Positions 22,227 to 32,798 are shown, counted from the stretch's first letter. The stretch is DNA of 64,000 nt from an uncultured Chloroflexia bacterium (GCA_963763775.1 CAVXPZ010000001.1:1376001-1440000); one strand, 5' to 3'. Numbers and translations are program-made. Notes: generated by a model not told the origin, from the letters alone.

Positions 22227-22300
22227 CTCGTCCACGGCGAGCGCGGAACAGGGGGGTGCCACGGTCACGCTCGAACGGTGCGGGCCTATCATTCGGCCGC

Positions 22301-25300
22301 ATGTCAGGTCCGCGGTCCAGCCCGGTCCTCGTCGGACGAGCCAGCGAGCTCGCCCTGCTCGACGATGCCCTGGCACGCGCCGCGGATGGCGATCCATCCA
22401 TCATCCTGATCAGCGGGGACGCGGGGGTCGGCAAGACTCGCCTCGTGGCCGAGTTCGGGGCGCGAGCTCGCGAAGCGGGGGCCCGGGTCCTCACGGGAGC
22501 CTGTCTCGACCTCGATGGCGAGGGGATCCCGTACGGCCCCTTCCTCGAGGCGCTGCGCGTCCTCGGTGAGGAGCTGGCACCACAGGAGCTTGACGAGATC
22601 CTCGGCGACACGGGACGCGAGTTGGCCCTGGTGGCGCCCGGGTTCGGTCGGTTCGTCGGCGATCCGACCCAGCTCGATCCCGCCGCGCCGCGCGACCAGG
22701 CCGCGCTTCCGCCGGGGCCGGCCGACCAGGCCAGGCTCTTCGAGCTGACGCTCGCGCTGCTGGATCGGCTCGGCCTCGACCGTCCCCTCGTCCTCGTCCT
22801 GGAGGACCTGCATTGGAGCGACCCCGCGACGGGCGACCTGCTCGCCTTCGTGGTCCGCAATCTCCGTCGCGGCCGAGTCCTGGTGATCGGCACGGTTCGT
22901 GCCGAGGATCTCGAACGAGGTCATCCCCTGCTGCTGCGGCTGGCGGAGCTCGGTCGGAACCGGAACGTGGAGCGCCTCGACCTGCCACCGCTGGGGCTCG
23001 ATGCGCAACGGGCGCAAGTGACGGCGATCCTCGGTCGTCGGCCACCTCGCGGTCTGGTCGAACGGATCCATGCCCGGGCCGAAGGCAATCCGTTCTTCGC
23101 CGAGGAGCTCCTGGCGAGCGCCGAGGGATCACCCACCGTCGAGGAGCCGGTCGCTGCCGAGGCTTCGCCCGGCGTGCCGGCATCGCTGCGAGACATCCTC
23201 GCCGGGCGCATCGCCGGTCTGTCCCCCGACGCGCAGCGGATCCTCCGCGTGGCCGCCATCGCCGGATCCCGAGCGGACGACGCCTCGATCGAGGTCCTGT
23301 CCGGCCTGCCACCGGACAGCGTCGCCGACCTCATGCGCGAGGTGGTCACGCGCCACTTCCTCGAGGTCGAACAGCGATCGGACGGCTACCGGTTCCGGCA
23401 CGCGCTGCTCGCGGAAGTGGTCATGGCCGATCTCCTTCCCGGGGAGCGCCGGCGACTGCATGAAGCGGTAGCCCGCTGGCTCGTCGACCCCGACCGCGTC
23501 GCCGACGGCGGTCTGCCGGCCACGCCGGCCGAGCTCGCGCACCACTGGTCGGCGGCCGGGAACGCCCGTGAGGCGCTCGCCGCGTCCGTCCAGGCGTCCA
23601 GGGCGGCGACGGCGCTCCACGCCTATGCCGACGCCTATCGTCAGGCGGAGCGAGCGCTCGATGCGTGGGACCGGGTGACGGACCCCGAGTCGGTCATCGG
23701 CATGGACCTGGTCGACCTGCTTCGGGAGACGGCCGACGCGGCCGACTTCGCGAATGAGCCGGCCCGTTCGGTGGAGCTCGTGACGAGGGCGCTCGGGCTG
23801 CTGGACGAGACCCGCGACCCGATCCGGGCCGGGCTCGTGCACGCGAGGCTCGGGTATTACCGCTGGCTGCTCGGGGAACGGCAGGCACTGGTCGACGAGG
23901 CTCGCCTCGCGATGGCCCTCATCCCGGAGGACCCGCCGAGCGTGGAGCGCGCCAGAGTGGTCGGCGGCCTGGCCTCGGCGCTGATGCCCACGGGGCGGTA
24001 CCGCGAGTCCCTGGACCTGTGCGAGGCGGCCATCGCGACCCTCCGAGCCACCGGATCGCACGAGGGCGAGGCCCGACTGGTCATGATCAAGGGCGTCGAC
24101 CTCGTGAGCCTCGGCGAGACGGAGGCCGGACTGGATCAGCTCCGCGCGGCGATCGCGATCGCCCGCGAGGTCGGGCCGCCCGACACGATGCTGACCTGCC
24201 AGCACAACCTCGCGTTCGTGCTGGCCCAGACCGATCGCTTCGAGGAGGGTCTCCAGGTCGACCTCGACGGTCTCGAGGCCGCTCGCCGGGTCGGGCTGGA
24301 GCTGCGCTTCGGCGCCGGACTCCGAGCGAGCGCGAGCGACATCCTGCTGCGGTGCGGACGCTGGGACGAGGCTGACCGGATCACCCGTGAAGGCCTCGAC
24401 CTCGACGTCGACGACCGATCGGGTTCGATCTACCTGCGGGCTACGCGCGCGATCCTGCTGGCGGTCCGCGGCGACCGCGACGCGCTCGGCCCGGAGCTCG
24501 AGGCGGTGACGGCCGCAGCCGCGGGTGACATCGATCCGGACGTCCGGGCCTACACGCTCCAGGCCCGCGCCGAAGCCGCCGTCCTCGACGGGCAGCCTGG
24601 CGAGGCGCTGGAGGCCGTCGAGCGAGCCCTGGAGGAGTTCGCCGGGTCCGACGAGACGTTCCTCATCGCCCCGCTGCTCCTCCTTGGCATGATGTCGGCG
24701 GCCGACCTCGCGGATGACGGGCGGGCGTTCCGCGACGAGGAACGCGTCGTGCGCGCCGTGACCGCCGGCGAGGCCTTCCTCGCCCAGGTCCGGGCGTTCA
24801 CCGGCGCCCCGACCGAGACCCCGTCGATCAAGGCCACGATCGCCACGGCCGAGGCTGAGGCCTCGCGGCTCGCGGGCGAGCCGGATGTCGCTGCCTGGGT
24901 CGCCGCGGCGGCCGCGTGGGAGGCGGTCCCGATGCCGTACCCGGCGGCGCGCGCTCGGGCACGAGCTGGCGAGGCCATCCTCCTCGTGCGGGGACCGCGC
25001 GACGCCGCGACGGACCTGCTGCGCCAGGCCCATGCCCAGGCCGTGGCGCTCGAGGCGAAACCCCTCCGGATCGAGATCGAATCGATCGCCGGTCGTGCGC
25101 GGATCGACCTGACCGATCGAGCGACGGCCGCCGCGGTGGCCCGATCAGACGACGCGAGCGAGGTCGCGGCACGCGGTCCGGCCGAGATCCTCGGCTTGTC
25201 CGCCCGGGAATGGGAGGTCCTCGAGCTCGTGGCCGCCGGGCGCTCGAACGGCGAGATCGCCGAGGCACTCTTCATCAGCCCGAAGACGGCGAGCGTCCAC

Positions 25301-25426
25301 GTGACCCACATCCTCAACAAGCTGGGGGTCAACAACCGGGTCGAGGCGGCGACGATCGCCGTCCGTGTCGGGGCGAACGAGCCGGCCGACGGGGATGACC
25401 CACCGGCCGGCGATCGGATCGCTTGA
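22301..25426 (+). CDS. LAL-type (AAA ATPase + LuxR HTH) transcriptional regulator
   Basis: LVGR..EL, GDAGVGKTRL, LVLEDLHWSD, GNPFF, helical repeats, C-terminal LSAREWEVL...FISPKTASVHVTHILNKLG. Confidence 0.93.
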   Translation: MSGPRSSPVLVGRASELALLDDALARAADGDPSIILISGDAGVGKTRLVAEFGARAREAGARVLTGACLDLDGEGIPYGPFLEALRVLGEELAPQELDEILGDTGRELALVAPGFGRFVGDPTQLDPAAPRDQAALPPGPADQARLFELTLALLDRLGLDRPLVLVLEDLHWSDPATGDLLAFVVRNLRRGRVLVIGTVRAEDLERGHPLLLRLAELGRNRNVERLDLPPLGLDAQRAQVTAILGRRPPRGLVERIHARAEGNPFFAEELLASAEGSPTVEEPVAAEASPGVPASLRDILAGRIAGLSPDAQRILRVAAIAGSRADDASIEVLSGLPPDSVADLMREVVTRHFLEVEQRSDGYRFRHALLAEVVMADLLPGERRRLHEAVARWLVDPDRVADGGLPATPAELAHHWSAAGNAREALAASVQASRAATALHAYADAYRQAERALDAWDRVTDPESVIGMDLVDLLRETADAADFANEPARSVELVTRALGLLDETRDPIRAGLVHARLGYYRWLLGERQALVDEARLAMALIPEDPPSVERARVVGGLASALMPTGRYRESLDLCEAAIATLRATGSHEGEARLVMIKGVDLVSLGETEAGLDQLRAAIAIAREVGPPDTMLTCQHNLAFVLAQTDRFEEGLQVDLDGLEAARRVGLELRFGAGLRASASDILLRCGRWDEADRITREGLDLDVDDRSGSIYLRATRAILLAVRGDRDALGPELEAVTAAAAGDIDPDVRAYTLQARAEAAVLDGQPGEALEAVERALEEFAGSDETFLIAPLLLLGMMSAADLADDGRAFRDEERVVRAVTAGEAFLAQVRAFTGAPTETPSIKATIATAEAEASRLAGEPDVAAWVAAAAAWEAVPMPYPAARARARAGEAILLVRGPRDAATDLLRQAHAQAVALEAKPLRIEIESIAGRARIDLTDRATAAAVARSDDASEVAARGPAEILGLSAREWEVLELVAAGRSNGEIAEALFISPKTASVHVTHILNKLGVNNRVEAATIAVRVGANEPADGDDPPAGDRIA

Positions 25427-25915
25427 TCAGCGAGGGATCGTTCCCCCGTGGTCGTGATCCTCGATCACGGTGAACCCGGCACCGACGAGCACGCCCTTGA
25501 CCACGTCGCGCTCGTCTTCGTCCTCGAAGCTGAGGCCCACGTGGGCGACGCCGTCGAACATGTCGATCAGGAGCACGCCCAGGATGTTGTGGTCTCCGCT
25601 GCCGATGAGTTCCGCGGCATCGGCGAGCTGACCCGGCATGTCCTGCAGTTCCAGCATCAGGGCGGGGTGCTCCTCGACGCTCACCGCCCGCCGGCCGCCG
25701 CCGAGTTCGACGGCACGGATCAGGTCGACGATCTGGCCGGTGTCACCGTCGTCGTCCTCGATGGCGAAGGAGATGATCCCGACCTCGCGACCGAGTGCCG
25801 GCGCCTCGCCGCCGCCGATCGCGCCGATGTTGTAGCCCGCGTCGGCGAGCGCCCGGCTGATCCGGCCCAGGTCGCCGACCGACCCGACCGTCGCCGCACT
25901 GACGATCTTGTGCAT
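25427..25915 (-). CDS. Stand-alone tandem ACT-domain protein
   Basis: GDLGRISRALADAGYNI and LQDMPGQLADAAELIGSGDHNI; GGAGGG RBS. Confidence 0.7.
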   Translation of the reverse strand: MHKIVSAATVGSVGDLGRISRALADAGYNIGAIGGGEAPALGREVGIISFAIEDDDGDTGQIVDLIRAVELGGGRRAVSVEEHPALMLELQDMPGQLADAAELIGSGDHNILGVLLIDMFDGVAHVGLSFEDEDERDVVKGVLVGAGFTVIEDHDHGGTIPR

Positions 25916-26038
25916 CGCGTCACCCTCCGGGTCGTCGGGCGGCGCGTCTGGGGGGCGCCTGAACTCGACGGACTCCGGATGCTACACCTCGCGCGTCAGC
26001 GTGCCGTTCGTCTCCACGCGCGCGCCACGACCCGGCCT

Positions 26039-27950
26039 TCAGGGTGCGGGGCAGGCTTCCGGGCCGAGCCGCGCGCCCGTCGCGTCCAGCCCGTAGCCGA
26101 ACGGGAAGCGGGCCCCGTCGCACGGCTCCTTGGCGGTCCGCGGGGCATCAGCGGGCGTCAGCGGCCACGTGTACGGCGTGGTCGCCGTGAACGGCTTGTC
26201 GCCGAGAAGGACATCGGCCACGCCGGCGCCTTCCGTGCCGGGCAGCCACGACGCGACCACCGCGTCCGCGGATGGCAGGATCTCGTCGAGCAGGACCGGT
26301 CGCCCGGAGAGGACGACGACGATGAGCCGGTCGACGTGGCGACGGACCCGCCCGATGACGGCGAGGTCTGCCGCCGGCAGCGCCAGCGTCGCCGAGTCCC
26401 CGACGCCCTCGGCGTAGGGCGGCTCCGCGACCACGACGATGCCGGTCTTCGCCGTGGTCCCGGCCGGGAAATGCCCACCGGCCTCGTACTCGAGGTGATC
26501 GCCGAGGCGTGCGCCGAGGGCGTCCGCGATCGTCGTCCCGGGCGTCGTCGCGCCTTCGCTCCCCTGCCAGGTGATCGTCCAGCCACCTGACTGGAGCCCG
26601 ATATCGTCGGCGCCACGGCCGGCGAGCAGCACCGGTCCCGTCCTTTGCGTCGATCGGCAGGACACCGGGCGCCGTCTTGAGCAGGACCTGGGACTTGGCG
26701 ACCGCCTCGCGCGCGATCGCGCGGTCGTCCGCCGACCCGACGGCAGCGCTCTGTCCGGCCGGCGGCATCGGGTGCTCGAACAGGCCCATCTCGAACTTGA
26801 CCCGCAGGATGCGCCGGACGGCGTCATCGACGCGGCTCTCGAGGATGTTCCCGCTCGTGAGCCCCGCACGGACCGCGTCGGCGAACCGCCGGCCGTCGTA
26901 CGGGACCATCGCCATGTCGACGCCAGCGGACACGGCCTTGGCGACGGCCGCGTCGTAGTCGGGATCGACCTGGTCGATCGCGGCCCAGTCCGAGACGACG
27001 AAGCCGGTGAACCCGAGCTCGCCCTTGAGGATCTCGCTGATCAGATGCGGGTCCGCGGTGACCTTGCCCGCTTGCGTGCTCGAGAACGACGTCATGACGA
27101 TGCGGACGCCGGCATCGAGGGCGGCCTCGTACGGGGTGAGGTGGATCGCCCGGAAGGTGGCCTCATCCAGGTCGGTGACACCCTGGTCGATGAGGTAGCC
27201 CGGGGTCGTGGACGACCCGAAGGCCGTGCCCCCGTCGCCGGCGAAGTGCTTGGCCGTGGCCATCGCCGAGTCGGTCGCGGTCGGATCGTCGCCCTGGAGG
27301 CCGCGGATGAACGCGCTCGCCATGTCGCTGACGAGCAGCGGGTCCTCGCCGTAGCCCTCGTACGTCCGGCCCCAGCGCACGTCCTGGGGCACGGCGACCA
27401 CCGGCCCGAAGTCCCATCGGATGCCGGTCGCGGCCATCTCCCGGGCGGTCGCCCGTCCGATCCGCTGCATCAGGTCCGGGTCGTTCGCGGCGCCGAGCCC
27501 CACCTGTTGCGGGAAGATCGTGGCCCCGACGACGTTGTTGTGGCCGTGGACGGCATCCACGCCGTAGAGCATCGGGATGCCGAGCCGGGTCGCGAGCGCC
27601 GCCTGCTGGAGCGCGTCGACCATCGCGTACCAGCTCGCCGGGTCGTTGGTCGGCGGCGCGCCGCCCCCGCCGCTCAGGACCGAGCCGAGCATGAGGGTCG
27701 TCACGTCGGCCGGCGTGACCGAGCCGATCTCGAGCTGGGTCATCTGGCCGATCTTCTCGTCGGTCGTCATCTGGGCGAGCAGCGCCTCGACGCGAGCCTC
27801 GATCGGCTGCGCGGCATCGTGCCAGTCGGCGGGCGCCGACGGGGCGACCTCGCTGGCGGCGGGGGTCGGCGAGGACTCGGACGAGCCGCAGGCACCCAGG
27901 ACGAGGACCATGGCGGCAAGGGCGGCGAGGGACCGGCGGGATCGCGTCAT
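26039..27950 (-). CDS. GH3 beta-glucosidase, lipoprotein, indel near 26640
   Basis: Lipobox LGAC, EKIGQMTQ, DAVHGHNNV, WGRTYEGY, KHFAGDG, VSDW nucleophile; C-domain GGWTITWQG...WLPGTEG in ORF 26039..26869. Confidence 0.92.
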
Positions 27951-27991
27951 GCCGCGCCAAGTATGGGTCGACGCGCGAGCGCTCGACGCGG

Positions 27992-28465
27992 TCAGTCCGG
28001 ACCGTTCCGCCGCCGGCGGTCCAGGGTGTCGCGCACGCGCTGCGCTCCGAGCGCCGGGTCGTCGTGCTCCCAGAGGCGGACCACCTGCCAACCCGCCTCC
28101 GCGAGCATGGCGTCGGTCTCCGCGTCGCGGTCCCGGTTCCGTCCGATCTTGGCGGCCCAGTAGTCGGCGTTCGTGCGGGGCGCGGCGAAGTGGACCGGGC
28201 AGCCATGCCAGAAGCACCCGTCGACGAAGACCGCGATCCGCAACGGCCGGAAGACGAGATCCGCCGTCCGACGCAGCCCGAGGATGGGTCGGGCCGCGAC
28301 GCGGTACCGCAGGCCGAGGGCGTGGACCGCGGACCGGAGGGCGACCTCAGGACGGGTGTCGCGGCTGCGGTTGCCCTGCATCGAGCGACGCGTGGCTGGT
28401 GACGACGCCCATGAGCCGCCCAGGATGCCCGCCGCCGACCCGCCGACCTGCCCCCGGTCCGCCAC
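27992..28465 (-). CDS. vsr: Very short patch repair endonuclease
   Basis: RRSMQGNRSRDTRPE, ADLVF, FVDGCFWHGCP.H, YWAAKI.RN..RD, GWQVVRLWEH; GGAGG RBS before GTG28465. Confidence 0.92.
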   Translation of the reverse strand: MADRGQVGGSAAGILGGSWASSPATRRSMQGNRSRDTRPEVALRSAVHALGLRYRVAARPILGLRRTADLVFRPLRIAVFVDGCFWHGCPVHFAAPRTNADYWAAKIGRNRDRDAETDAMLAEAGWQVVRLWEHDDPALGAQRVRDTLDRRRRNGPD

Positions 28466-28608
28466 CGCCACCTCCCGCCCAGGGGACATGCCGTCCCTAC
28501 CGAGAGGAACCCGCGGCAAGCGAGCATCGTTGCGTGGAAGGGCCGGAAGGAGACCCGAGGTTCGCACTCGTGACATGGGAACCTCGGGTCAGGCATCATC
28601 CTTGCGAC

Positions 28609-29556
28609 ATGGCTGACCAGACCTCGAGCATGTCCCTCCCCAAGGCGCCGTACCAGCGCGTGCACGTCATCGTCAACCCGGCGTCGGGCGGGGACGAGCC
28701 CATCCTCAACGTGCTCAACGACGTCTTCCGCGAGCACAAGGTGGACTGGGACGTCAGCGTGACCCACAAGTACGGGGATGCCGCCGCCCAGGCCCGGCGG
28801 GCCATCGAGGACGGCGTCGACCTCGTCGCGGCGTACGGCGGGGATGGCACCCAGCACGAGATCGCCAACGCGCTCGTGGAGGCGGCCGTCGAGACGGGAC
28901 GGCAGACGCCGCTGGGCATCCTGCCCGGCGGGACCGGCAACGGGTTCGCTCGGGAGATGGGCGTCCCCAACACCCTGCGCGAGGCGCTGGAGAACATCTG
29001 CATCAGCTCGAGGACGCGGGCCGTCGACGTGGGCCGGCTCCGGGAGCTCGGGCAGGCGACGGTCGCCGACCGCTACTTCGTCCAGCGGCTGTACGTCGGG
29101 GTCGAGCCCGAGGAGCAGACGAGTCGCGAGCTCAAGGACCGGTACGGGGTCTTCGCCTACCTCGTGAACGCCACCCGGCACACGAAGGACACGACCGTCG
29201 TCCACTACCGCGCCGAGCTCGATGGCGAGTCCATCGAATTCGATGCCACGAAGGTCTATGTCGTCAACTCCGGGATGATGGGGACGGGCCTCCGCATCAC
29301 CCATTCCTACGCGGTCGATGACGGGCTGCTCGACTGCTTCCGGATCGACCAGCATGACTACGCGACCCTCGCCGCGGCCGCGATCCGCTTCCTGGACCTG
29401 CCGATGTCGGGTCTGACGAAGTTCCATCGGCAGTGCCGCTCGCTCCGGATCGAGAGCGACCCCGACCAGCCCGTCTGGACGGACGGCGAATACGTCGGAC
29501 GCACCCCGCTGACGGTCGACGTCATGCCGGGGGCCCTCTCCGTTGTCGTCGCCTGA
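28609..29556 (+). CDS. Diacylglycerol/lipid kinase family (YegS/DgkB-like)
   Basis: IVNPASG, GGDGT, LPGGTGNGFA, DDGLLD, TDGE. Confidence 0.9.
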   Translation: MADQTSSMSLPKAPYQRVHVIVNPASGGDEPILNVLNDVFREHKVDWDVSVTHKYGDAAAQARRAIEDGVDLVAAYGGDGTQHEIANALVEAAVETGRQTPLGILPGGTGNGFAREMGVPNTLREALENICISSRTRAVDVGRLRELGQATVADRYFVQRLYVGVEPEEQTSRELKDRYGVFAYLVNATRHTKDTTVVHYRAELDGESIEFDATKVYVVNSGMMGTGLRITHSYAVDDGLLDCFRIDQHDYATLAAAAIRFLDLPMSGLTKFHRQCRSLRIESDPDQPVWTDGEYVGRTPLTVDVMPGALSVVVA

Positions 29557-30093
29557 GCCGCGACCCGGTCTGTCCCCGTTCCACCGGGCCTTCGACCGCC
29601 TGTACCCCGCGATCCGGTTCACGTACGAGCGGCTCCAGGGCCATGCCTGGTTCTCGCAGATCGAGCCCCGACTCTGGCTCGGCGGAGCGCCGACCTACCG
29701 GCGCGACTACGAGGCGCTCCTCGGGTTCGGGATCAGCGCCGTGCTGGACACCCGGGCGGAGCGACGGTCCGACGACGCCTTCTACGACGCCCACGGCATC
29801 ACGCACCGCCGGTTCCTGGTGCCGGACGTGACCGTGCCGGACGAGGCCGTCCTGACGGAGGCCGTCGCCTGGATCGACGACCAGCTCGGGGATGGCCGGA
29901 CGGTGCTGATCCACTGCGCGAAGGGACGAGGTCGCTCCGCGACGGTCGCTCGCCGCCTACCTGATGAAGACCGAAGGGATGACCTTCGACGCCGTGCGCG
30001 ACCTGTTGCGGTCGAAGCGAGACGCTGGTCAAGCTCGAGGACCGGCACCGCCGGGTGCTGGAGTCGTGGGTCTCGTCCTCGGCGGGGCGATGA
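29543..30093 (+). CDS. Dual-specificity (Cys-based) phosphatase, indels near 29950 and 30020
   Basis: LWLGGAP, VPD, VLIHCAKGRGRS (CX5R); the restored frame continues AAYLMKTEGM...KLEDRHRRVLESW to TGA30093. Confidence 0.82.
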
Positions 30094-31592
30094 CCGAGCA
30101 CGCCGTGGTGATCGCCGGGGGCGGCCCGACGGGGCTGATGCTGGCCGGGGAACTGGCGCTGGCGGGCGTCGACGTCGCGATCGTCGAGCGGCGCCCGGAT
30201 CAGGGCATCGCCGGCTCGCGTGCCGGGGGGCTCCACGCGCGCACCCTGGAGGTCCTCGATCAGCGGGGCATCGTCGACCGGTTCCTCGCCGAAGGGCAGA
30301 AGGCACCGGCCACCGGGTTCGCCGGGGTGTCAGCTCGATCTCAGCGGCCTTCCGACCCGCTACCCGTACCTCCTCGGACTGCGGCAGAAGCACATCGAGC
30401 GGATCCTCGCCGCGTGGGTCGAGGACCTCGGGGTGCCCGTCTATCGCGGCACCGAGGTGACGGGCTTCGCCGAGGATGACGCGGGAGTCGACGTCCGCGT
30501 CAGCGATGGCCGTTCGCTCCGTGCGATGTACCTGGTCGGATGCGACGGCGGGCGCAGCCTCGTCCGCAAGGCCGCCGGGATCGCCGTTCCCCGGGACCGA
30601 GCCCACCACCAGCAGCATCATCGCCGAGGCCGAGCTGGCGACGGATCCGCCCGAGTGGGGCGTCCGCCGCGACGCGCTCGGGGTCCATGCCCTCGGTCGC
30701 GTGGAGTACGAGATCCGCGACGGCCGGATCGTGTACGCCGATCAGGGTCCGGTCGGCGTCATGGTGACCGAACGGAACGTCGGCGCCACGACCGAACCGA
30801 CCCTCGGCGATCTCCGCGAGGCGCTCATCTCGGTCTACGGGACCGACTACGGCATCCACGACCCCACCTCGATCACGCGGTTCACCGATGCCGCACGGCA
30901 GGCGGCGGCCTACCGCAAGGGCCGGGTGCTGCTGGCCGGCGACGCGGCCCACATCCATCCGCCGGACGGCGGCCAGGGCCTCCAGACGGGTGTGCAGGAC
31001 GCGGTGAACCTCGGCTGGAAGCTGGCCCAGGTGGTCAAGGGGACGTCGCCGGATACCCTGCTCGATACCTATCACGCCGAGCGCCACCCGGTCGCCGCGC
31101 GCGTGCTTCGCCACACGTTGGCCGCCGTCTCGCTGCGCCGCGAGGACGACCACACCAAGGCCCTGCGCGACACGATCGCCGAGCTCCTCGAGCATGGACG
31201 AGCCGCGGAGGACCTTCGCCGCGACGATGGCCGGCCTCGACATCCACTACGACCTCGGCGAGGGGCATCCGCTGCTCGGCCGCCGCATGCCCGATCTCGA
31301 CCTCGAGACCGGCCACGGACCGAGACGGACCTACACGCTGCTGCATGACGCGCAGCCCGTCCTCATCGACTTCGGCGGGCCGGGCAGCTCCGACTTCGGA
31401 CCGTGGGCGGATCGCGTCAAGGTGGTCGATGCCACGTTCGCCGGCGCGTGGGAGCTTCCCGCGCTCGGGGTGATCGCGGCACCTGAGGCCGTGCTGGTGC
31501 GGCCCGACGGGTACGTGGCCTGGGCAGGCGACCGGGCACATCCGGGGCTCAAGGACGCGCTCACCACCTGGTTCGGTGCCGCTACGGGATAA
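30090..31592 (+). CDS. FAD-dependent monooxygenase (PheA/RdmE/Rox-like), indels near 30330, 30590, 31190
   Basis: GGGPTG, LVGCDGGRS, LAGDAAHIHPPDGGQG...DAVNLGWKL, LVRPDGYVAW, spread over four ORFs. Confidence 0.88.
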
Positions 31593-31639
31593 CGCCGAGA
31601 AGCGGAGCCTGCGGCGAGATCGAGCTCGCGACATCGAGC

Positions 31640-31906
31640 CTAGAGGGTGTCGCGCTCGAACACGTCCCCTTCGATGTCGACCAGCTTGGCCTGGATGTAG
31701 CCCGCCGCATCGCGGACGCCCTGGTTGTAGACCGGTGGGCCGAGCTCAGCGACGAAGAAGTCAAGCAGTCGCTCCGCCCGAAACTCGCTCAGCGTTTCGT
31801 CGAACTCGTCGGCGAAGTGCCGCTGGATCACGTCGACCAGCGCCGACCGGCGTTCCGGCGAGAGGCGGATCCGCATCGGGGCATGCGAGCGATCAGCGGC
31901 TGGCAT
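31640..31906 (-). CDS. DUF2164 family protein
   Basis: EF.AE.LLDFF..ELGP..YNQGV.DA signature. Confidence 0.85.
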   Translation of the reverse strand: MPAADRSHAPMRIRLSPERRSALVDVIQRHFADEFDETLSEFRAERLLDFFVAELGPPVYNQGVRDAAGYIQAKLVDIEGDVFERDTL

Positions 31907-32016
31907 GCCGGCATTCTGACGACCTGGCGCCGTTGCGTGGCATAACGCGCTGCCACGGCGTCGGCACTGAAGACAGGGGGAGTAACGTCTGCTCACCCGT
32001 CGAGTCGAGGTATGCC

Positions 32017-32547
32017 GTGAGCGCCAGTCCATCACCAGCGTCGCCCGACGCCGACGGGGCAGGCCGGGCCAAGGTGTCGCCCGAGAAGAGGATGGCGCCG
32101 CGGGTCGCTGCTGCCGCCCAAACGTTTGCAGTGGTGCTCGCCCTGGCGTCGCTTGCGGGATACTTCGCGTTCGCGGGCGCCCTTCTCGTCTACGACGCAG
32201 GGGGCGGACTCGGCCCGATCGGATCGATCAATGACTCGAACCTGCTCCTCGTCATCAGAGCCTGTTCTCTGGCAGTGGCGCCCGCGACGTTCGCCGTGGC
32301 GACCTGGCGGTTCGGAGTCCTCGGCGCCGTCGCTGCCGCACTAGGAATGATGATCCTGGGGCCCATCCTGTGGGGCGTGTCCCCGTGGAGCTCAGTCGAC
32401 TCGTCGGCGCGATACGGGTACTACGACGAAGGACGTGGCTGGATCGGGCTGGGCGTCTACCTCGTCCTTGTCTGCTCATTCGTCATCGTCGCACCGACCA
32501 CGTATGTCGCGCGCTGGATCTGGCGTCGCTTCCGTGACCCAGTCTGA
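32017..32547 (+). CDS. Hypothetical membrane protein (about 4 TM)
   Basis: Hydrophobic segments in the 3' part of ORF 31576..32547; GAGG before GTG32017; no family recognised. Confidence 0.55.
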   Translation: MSASPSPASPDADGAGRAKVSPEKRMAPRVAAAAQTFAVVLALASLAGYFAFAGALLVYDAGGGLGPIGSINDSNLLLVIRACSLAVAPATFAVATWRFGVLGAVAAALGMMILGPILWGVSPWSSVDSSARYGYYDEGRGWIGLGVYLVLVCSFVIVAPTTYVARWIWRRFRDPV

Positions 32548-32722
32548 CCGGCGCGATCTCGACGAGGCGACTGCAAACCACTCTCCGTCGCCTCCCACGA
32601 GTTCGTCGGCGGCCAGAAGGGTCCCGAGTTCCAATACCGCCAGGCATGGCACCGATCAGGACGGCGATCCGACCGCCAGAACCGTCAGGATGCGCATCGC
32701 TTCATGCACGGATGAGAGGGTT

Positions 32723-32798
32723 TGGAGCGGGAGACGAGGTTCGAACTCGCGACATGCAGCTTGGAAGGCTGCCGCTCTGCCAACTGAGCTACTCCCGC
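32723..32798 (-). tRNA. tRNA-Gly(TCC)
   Basis: GCGGGAG acceptor stem, AGCTCAGTTGGCAGAGC D-arm, GCAGC-CTTCCAA-GCTGC anticodon arm, GTTCGAA T-loop, encoded CCA; 76 nt. Confidence 0.97.

Noticed and set aside
30090-31592. Assigning the monooxygenase as rifampicin monooxygenase (rox)
   Set aside because: Family-level motifs are shared by many aromatic hydroxylases; I saw nothing substrate-specific and no rifamycin-associated element.
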